Assembly: GCA_965203055.1 (NCBI GenBank)
Contig: OZ241863.1
Span: forward strand, 3,040,001 to 3,104,000
Reading direction: 5' to 3'
Origin: Spirochaetia bacterium
Lineage (GTDB): Bacteria; Spirochaetota; Spirochaetia; SZUA-6; Bin103
DNA length: 64,000 nt
Shown: piece after piece, positions 58,434 through 64,000 of the stretch
Numbering within the stretch: position 1 is the stretch's first letter
How the letters are laid out: every line of letters starts with the position of its first letter
The notes under the pieces: generated by a model
Database searches by the model: none
Told to the model about the DNA's origin: nothing
Seen by the model: the letters and a program-made list of their open reading frames with translations, nothing else
Made by a program: the position numbers and the translations under genes

Positions 58434-59610
58434 GTCCTCCTCTATCCCGGACCGTGGCCAGGATAGCTGAGAATGGCTGTTCCGGGTCGAGGGCGCGCAG
58501 GAACGGGGCGCATGGCAGGCACAGCACGCCGTGTTCGCGGAGCCGGCGCGGCCCGCGGTAGAGCAGTACCGGGGTCGCTACCGGGTAGTCCTGGGTGAAC
58601 GCCCGCAGGCCGCGGAAGTCGCGCGGCTGGAGCACGGCGCCGCTCTTGACCTCGATGGCGAACAGGCCGCTTTCCCCGTAGAGTACGAAGTCGACCTCGC
58701 TGCCGGCGCGGGTGCGCCAGAAGCTGAGGCTGTCGTCGCGGTTGGAGTAGGCGATCCAGGCGCGCAGATGCTGCGCCACCAGCCCTTCCAGCGCCGCGCC
58801 GGCCAGCTCATCGGGGCGGTCGAGCGGCCCCGTCGGGCGCAGCGAGCGGAACAGACCGGCGTCCATCAGGTAGAGCTTGGGGTGTGTACTAAGGCGCCGT
58901 TGCGCGCGCCGGGTGAACACCGGCAGCGTGAACGCCAGCAGCAGATCCTGCAGCACCTCCAGGTAGGCGGCCGCCGCCTTGCGGTCCACCTGGCACTCGC
59001 GGGCCAGGTTGGACAGGTTCAGGACTCCGGCATGGCTGAAGCTTACCGCTTCCAGAAAGCGCGAGAAGGCGCCGACGTTCCGTACCAGACCCTCCTCCTG
59101 CACTTCCTCCCGCACGTAGAGCGCCGCGTAGGTGCGCAGCGTCGCCCGCGGGTCGGCGGCGTCCACCACCATCGGTATCAGCCCCAGCGCGAGGGCGCGC
59201 TCCAGGTTGAAGGCGCCGCCCAGCTCCGCCGCCATGAACGGATGCATGGTGGTCAGCAGCGCCCGCCCGGCCAGCAGGTCCACGCCGCGGCGGCGCAGCT
59301 TGCGGGCGCTGGAGCCGGTGAGCACGAAGCGCAGCCCCTTGTCCAGCTCGACGAGCTGATGGACCACCGGAAGCAGCTCCGGTACCCGCTGCACTTCGTC
59401 GATCACGACCGGCCGCCGGCCGGGACTCGCCGCCACCGTGCGGCGCAGCCGTTCGGGCGCCGCGGCGTAGAAGCGGGCGTTCTCCGGGTCGATCAGATCG
59501 ATGAACAGCGCCTCCGGGTAGCGGTCGCGCAGCCACGTCGACTTGCCGGTGCCGCGCGGCCCGAACAGAAAGTAGCTGGCCGCCGGCGGGCGGAAGAAGC
59601 GCGCGAACAT
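58411..59610 (-). CDS. AAA_14 ATPase with DUF4143 domain (COG1373)
   Basis: GPRGTGKST, IDEVQ, TGSSARKL, EVDFV..IEVKS. Confidence 0.88.
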   Translation of the reverse strand: MFARFFRPPAASYFLFGPRGTGKSTWLRDRYPEALFIDLIDPENARFYAAAPERLRRTVAASPGRRPVVIDEVQRVPELLPVVHQLVELDKGLRFVLTGSSARKLRRRGVDLLAGRALLTTMHPFMAAELGGAFNLERALALGLIPMVVDAADPRATLRTYAALYVREEVQEEGLVRNVGAFSRFLEAVSFSHAGVLNLSNLARECQVDRKAAAAYLEVLQDLLLAFTLPVFTRRAQRRLSTHPKLYLMDAGLFRSLRPTGPLDRPDELAGAALEGLVAQHLRAWIAYSNRDDSLSFWRTRAGSEVDFVLYGESGLFAIEVKSGAVLQPRDFRGLRAFTQDYPVATPVLLYRGPRRLREHGVLCLPCAPFLRALDPEQPFSAILATVRDRGGHGDGSDQ

Positions 59611-59842
59611 CGCGCCGACGTTAGCCGGACGGCGGCATTTTATCCAGTGAGTTTCCGTTTTGCGTCGAAGAATGGACTCTCGCCACCCGGAATGACCGCG
59701 TTTGACCGCCCCGACCGCCTCTGACCGCCCGGCGCGCGCTTGACGGCGGCCCGCGGGTGGCCCATAGTGGCCGGAAGCCCTTGCAGGCGGCTGCACGGGC
59801 AGGCAACGACCACACCTCGAAGAACCTCAAAGGAGGGATTAC

Positions 59843-61798
59843 ATGGTGGTGAAAAACAACATTACTCGGCTTCTGATACCGCTGCTCCTGTGCTCCGGCG
59901 CATTGCTCTGGGCCAGCGGCGCCGAGGAGGAATCGGGCGCGGCCGAAACCGCCGCCCCGATGGCAACCGGCAAGTACCGGGAGGCGCCGAGCCTGGCGCA
60001 GATGGTAGCTGACGGGAAGCTTCCTCCGGTGGAAGAACGGCTGCCCCCGGAACCGCTGGTGGTGCAGGTCAAGGATGAGATCGGCCAGTACGGGGGGAGC
60101 GTCACCGCCATCAAGCATGATCCCGCCAACTGGTACATGATCGCGCACGTCAACATCGAGCCGCTCATGGAGCTCGACCCGGAGGACTCGTTGAACGTCG
60201 TGCCCAACGTGGCGCGCGCCTGGGAGTGGAACGCCGACAGCTCGCAGCTCACGGTGCACCTCCGCCAAGGCATCCGCTGGTCGGACGGCGAGCCGTTCAC
60301 CGCGGAAGACCTGCGGTTCTATTACGAGGACGTCACCTTCAACGAGACCCTGACCCCGCTGGTGCCGGGCGCCTGGATGTCGCACGGCGCGCCGATGACC
60401 TTCACCCAGGTGGACGACAGCACGGTGCAATTCGGGTTCGCCGGTCCGGCCCCGGCCCAGTTGTTCATGTTCACGGCCGCGAACGGCTACATGAACCACT
60501 ACTTCCCGGCCCACTACTTCAAGCAGTTCCACATCGACTACAACGACGATGCGAACGCCAAGGCCAAGGAGGAAGGTCTCGAAGAGTGGTGGCAGTTGTT
60601 CAACCAGAACCGCGAGAAGACCCGCCCCTACATCCACTATCCCGGCGCCCCCTACCTGTACGCCTGGACGCCGACCTCGGTGACCATGGACCGTACCGTC
60701 TGGGACCGCAATCCCTACTACTGGAAGGTCGATGCGGAGGGCAATCAACTGCCGTACATCGACAACGTATACGGCGTGCTGGTGGTGGAGTCGGAGCTGG
60801 TCAAGGCGCGCGGCATCGCCGGCGAATTCGACTTCCTGGTCGAGGGCTTCGGCATGGACGAGGCCCCGCTGCTGGAGCAGAACGCCGAGCGCTACAACTA
60901 CAACGTCATCATCGGCCCCAACACCTGGGCCGGCGCCGGCTCCTACTACTTCAACCTCAATCACTCCGATCCGGTAAGGCGGGAGCTCTACCGGGACGCC
61001 CGCTTCCGGCGCGCGATGTCGCATGCGATCAACCGGGACGAGATCAACGAAATCGTGTTTCAGGGCATGGCGACCCCGCTGCTCGGCTTCGCCCTCGGCG
61101 ACGAGCCGTTCTATGACGCCGACGTGCAGCGCGCCGAGCAGGAGGCGATCCGCTACGACGTGGCCGAGGCCAATCGGCTGCTCGATGAAGTGGGCCTCAC
61201 GCAACGGGATTCCGACGGCTATCGCCTCACCTCCGACGGCAAGCGCCTCACTCTGGAAGTGATCACCGGCACCGGCCTGGCCGACCTGGTGACCATCTCC
61301 GAGCTGGTGACCAGCTATTGGGGAGAGGTCGGCGTGGAGCTGAAGTTCTCCATCATCGAGCGCAGTCTGTTCTCGCTGCGGACCAACAACGCCGACTACG
61401 ACTTGACCACCTGGATCATGGAGCCCAGCCAGTTGAAGTACCGCACCGACAGCCCGGCCACCGGGTTCTTCCTCTCCATCGGGCATTGGGCGCCGATGTG
61501 GCGGAAGTGGTATCAGTCGGGCGGCGCCGCGGGCGAGGAACCGGTCGGGGTTGCCAAGGAGATGCTGGAGCTGGGCCACGCCATGCGCAACGAGCTGGAC
61601 GACGCGAAGTGGCGGGAGATGGGCAAGGAGTTCATGCTGACCTTTGCCGAGAACGTGTTCGCCATCGGCACCGTCGGCCTGCCGCCGCGGCCGATGATCT
61701 TCCGCCGCAACATCGTCAATCTCTACGACGAGCTGGCGTGGACCAACGCCACCGCCGGCAACTTCCGCGGCCGCGCCTATCAGTGGTGGATACGGTAG
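59843..61798 (+). CDS. ABC substrate-binding protein, family 5
   Basis: GKLPPVEERLP, WSDGEPFTAED, RNPYYWKVD..GNQLPYID. Confidence 0.92.
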   Translation: MVVKNNITRLLIPLLLCSGALLWASGAEEESGAAETAAPMATGKYREAPSLAQMVADGKLPPVEERLPPEPLVVQVKDEIGQYGGSVTAIKHDPANWYMIAHVNIEPLMELDPEDSLNVVPNVARAWEWNADSSQLTVHLRQGIRWSDGEPFTAEDLRFYYEDVTFNETLTPLVPGAWMSHGAPMTFTQVDDSTVQFGFAGPAPAQLFMFTAANGYMNHYFPAHYFKQFHIDYNDDANAKAKEEGLEEWWQLFNQNREKTRPYIHYPGAPYLYAWTPTSVTMDRTVWDRNPYYWKVDAEGNQLPYIDNVYGVLVVESELVKARGIAGEFDFLVEGFGMDEAPLLEQNAERYNYNVIIGPNTWAGAGSYYFNLNHSDPVRRELYRDARFRRAMSHAINRDEINEIVFQGMATPLLGFALGDEPFYDADVQRAEQEAIRYDVAEANRLLDEVGLTQRDSDGYRLTSDGKRLTLEVITGTGLADLVTISELVTSYWGEVGVELKFSIIERSLFSLRTNNADYDLTTWIMEPSQLKYRTDSPATGFFLSIGHWAPMWRKWYQSGGAAGEEPVGVAKEMLELGHAMRNELDDAKWREMGKEFMLTFAENVFAIGTVGLPPRPMIFRRNIVNLYDELAWTNATAGNFRGRAYQWWIR

Positions 61799-61926
61799 CT
61801 ACCGGTACCTACGGCTAGGGTTCGGTCGACTGCGACGAGCGTCCGCGCCGCGGGCGCTCGTTCGCAGTTGCCCGCGCCGCCCGCGCCCGCCCGCCGCACT
61901 GACAACATCCGCCAGAGGGGGAGAGA

Positions 61927-62922
61927 GTGGTTTCCTACGTCATCCGGCGCGCCCTGTACATGGTCGTGGTCCTGGTGGTCGTCTCGGTAGTCGCCTTCCT
62001 GATCATCCAGTTGCCGCCGGGCGACTATTTGACCGTCTACGCCGCCAATCAGGAAGCCCTCGGGCGCGACGTCGACCAGGCCGAACTCGCCGCCATGGGC
62101 AAGCTGTACGGCCTGGACAAGCCGGTGCACGTGCAGTACTTCGTGTGGGTCTGGGGATTTCTGCGCGGCAACCTGGGCTGGTCCTTCAATCTCAAGGAGA
62201 AGGTGGGCACGCTGATCGCCGACCGCCTCCCGTTCACCGTGATGCTCTCCCTGGCGTCGCTCGTATTCGCCTACGTCATAGCCATTCCCATCGGCATCTA
62301 CTCGGCCACGCACCAGTACTCCGCCGGCGACTTCGCCGCCACCTTCATGGGCTTCGTCGGTCTGGCGACCCCGAACTTCCTCCTGGCACTCATCTTCATG
62401 CTGTTGTTCAACCGCTGGTTCGGGCTCAACGTCGGCGGCCTGTTTTCGCCGGAATATATCGACGCCGCCTGGAGCTGGGCCAAGTTCATCGATCTGCTCA
62501 AGCACCTGCCTATTCCGGTGCTGGTAATCGGCACCGCCGGCACCGGCTATCTGGTGCGCGTCATGCGGGGCTCCCTGCTCGACGAGTTGGCGCGCCAGTA
62601 CGTGATCACCGCCCGCGCCAAGGGGGTGGCGGAGCGCACCCTGCTCTACAAGTACCCGGTGCGGCTGTCGGTCAACCCGATCGTCAGCACCGTCGGCTGG
62701 GCGCTGGCCGGAATCGTTTCCGGCGAGACGATCACGGCGATCGTGCTCGGCCTGGAAACCACCGGGCCGCTGCTGTTCCGCGCGCTGCTGGCGCAGGACA
62801 TGTACCTGGCGGGCAGCATCACGATGCTGCTGACGTTCCTGGTGGTAATCGGAACGTTCATTTCGGACCTGCTGCTGGTGCTGATAGATCCGCGAATCAG
62901 ATACGAGGCTCAGGGCCGCTGA
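61927..62922 (+). CDS. ABC permease, OppB/DppB family
   Basis: LPPGDY; YVITARAKG; DPRIR. Confidence 0.92.
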   Translation: MVSYVIRRALYMVVVLVVVSVVAFLIIQLPPGDYLTVYAANQEALGRDVDQAELAAMGKLYGLDKPVHVQYFVWVWGFLRGNLGWSFNLKEKVGTLIADRLPFTVMLSLASLVFAYVIAIPIGIYSATHQYSAGDFAATFMGFVGLATPNFLLALIFMLLFNRWFGLNVGGLFSPEYIDAAWSWAKFIDLLKHLPIPVLVIGTAGTGYLVRVMRGSLLDELARQYVITARAKGVAERTLLYKYPVRLSVNPIVSTVGWALAGIVSGETITAIVLGLETTGPLLFRALLAQDMYLAGSITMLLTFLVVIGTFISDLLLVLIDPRIRYEAQGR

Positions 62923-64000
62923 ATGATCCGCCGGACGCGCCGCTCCGCTGCCGACGACCGCTATTACCTGGCTTCCCAGTGGCGGCTCATGTGGCGCAAG
63001 TTCACCCGCCACAAGCTGGCCATGGCGGCGGGCGCGGTGTTGGCCCTGTTCTACCTCGCGGCCGCGTTCTGCGAGTTCGTCGCGACCCATGACATCCTGA
63101 AGCACAGCGCGGAGTTCGTGTTCGTGCCGCCGCAGAAGATCCGCTTCGGCGACGAACGCGGCTACGGACTGCGCCCCTTCGTGTACGACATACGCAAGGA
63201 GATCGACCGCGAGAAGTTCCGCAGAGTCTACGTGGAGGATCCCGAGACGCGGCGCTACATTCGCTTCTTCGTGCGCGGCGATCCCTACCAGTTATGGGGC
63301 CTGTTCGAGTCCGATCTCCATCTGTTCGGCACCGCGGAGGGCGCATTCTTTCTGTTCGGGACCGACAAGCTGGGCCGGGATCTCTATTCGCGCACCGTCT
63401 ATGCGGCGCGAATCTCGTTGTCCATCGGGCTGATCGGCGTCTTCCTGAGCTTCGTGATCGGATGCTCCATGGGCGGCATCTCGGGCTACTACGGCGGCAC
63501 CCCCGACATGGTGATCCAGCGCGGCATCGAGATCCTGATCTCGCTGCCGACGATTCCCCTGTGGATGGCGTTGAGCGCGGCCCTGCCGAGGAGCTGGGGC
63601 ACGCTCAAGATCTACTTCGCCATTACCATCATCCTGTCGATGTTCGGCTGGGCGGGGCTGGCGCGCGTGGTGCGCGGCAAGTTGTTGGAGCTGCGGCAAC
63701 AGGACTTCGTGACCGCGGCTCGGGTGGCCGGGGCAGGCGAGGGGAAGATCGTTGCCCTGCACCTGCTCCCGTCGTTCCTGAGCTACCTGATCGTCAGCCT
63801 GACGCTGGCGGTGCCCTACATGATTCTGGGCGAGACCGCCCTCAGCTTCCTGGGCCTTGGCCTGCGCCCGCCGGTGGTGAGTTGGGGCGTCCTGCTGCAG
63901 GACGCGCAGAACGTGCACGCGGTACTGCTGCATCCCTGGCTGCTGATTCCGGGCCTGTTCGTGGTGGTCGCCGTGTTGGCGTTCAACTTCCTGGGCGACG
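62923..64000 (+). CDS. ABC permease, OppC/DppC family (runs off the right edge)
   Basis: Manual translation MIRRTRRSAADDRYYLASQWRLMWRKF..GTDKLGRD..AFNFLGD; paralog of 10288-11403. Confidence 0.9.
   Translation, partial: MIRRTRRSAADDRYYLASQWRLMWRKFTRHKLAMAAGAVLALFYLAAAFCEFVATHDILKHSAEFVFVPPQKIRFGDERGYGLRPFVYDIRKEIDREKFRRVYVEDPETRRYIRFFVRGDPYQLWGLFESDLHLFGTAEGAFFLFGTDKLGRDLYSRTVYAARISLSIGLIGVFLSFVIGCSMGGISGYYGGTPDMVIQRGIEILISLPTIPLWMALSAALPRSWGTLKIYFAITIILSMFGWAGLARVVRGKLLELRQQDFVTAARVAGAGEGKIVALHLLPSFLSYLIVSLTLAVPYMILGETALSFLGLGLRPPVVSWGVLLQDAQNVHAVLLHPWLLIPGLFVVVAVLAFNFLGD

Noticed and set aside
47662..59610. Integrative element or prophage
   Set aside because: No integrase, tRNA/att site, conjugation genes or intact phage genes were recognised.

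Overview
High-GC (about 68-70% by eye) bacterial window. The signal-peptide style of the solute-binding proteins and the load of ABC importers, PhyH dioxygenases, ankyrin, TA and RM genes resemble sponge-associated Spirochaetaceae (inference only). It alternates between catabolic blocks and accessory/defence blocks. The catabolic blocks hold five ABC importer clusters with no ATPase seen, plus glycosidase-like and PhyH genes. The defence blocks hold two type III-like mod/res systems, each with a lone nucleotidyltransferase between mod and res, an AAA+DUF4276 pair, three AAA_14/DUF4143 ATPases, Fic, RadC and several orphan antitoxins. The most striking structure is a 5.2 kb composite element (26011-31193). 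It is built from two copies of a TIR-bounded unit that encodes an HNH protein and no transposase, it is flanked by a 10-bp target duplication, and an unoccupied paralogous site lies at 51420-51448. Its cargo is a PIN TA pair and a 12-repeat fibre-like lipoprotein interrupted at a G10 tract. Also present are two truncated Rpn copies that keep the internal small-protein start, and two related phage-like fragments. No rRNA, tRNA, CRISPR array, integrase or reverse transcriptase was recognised.
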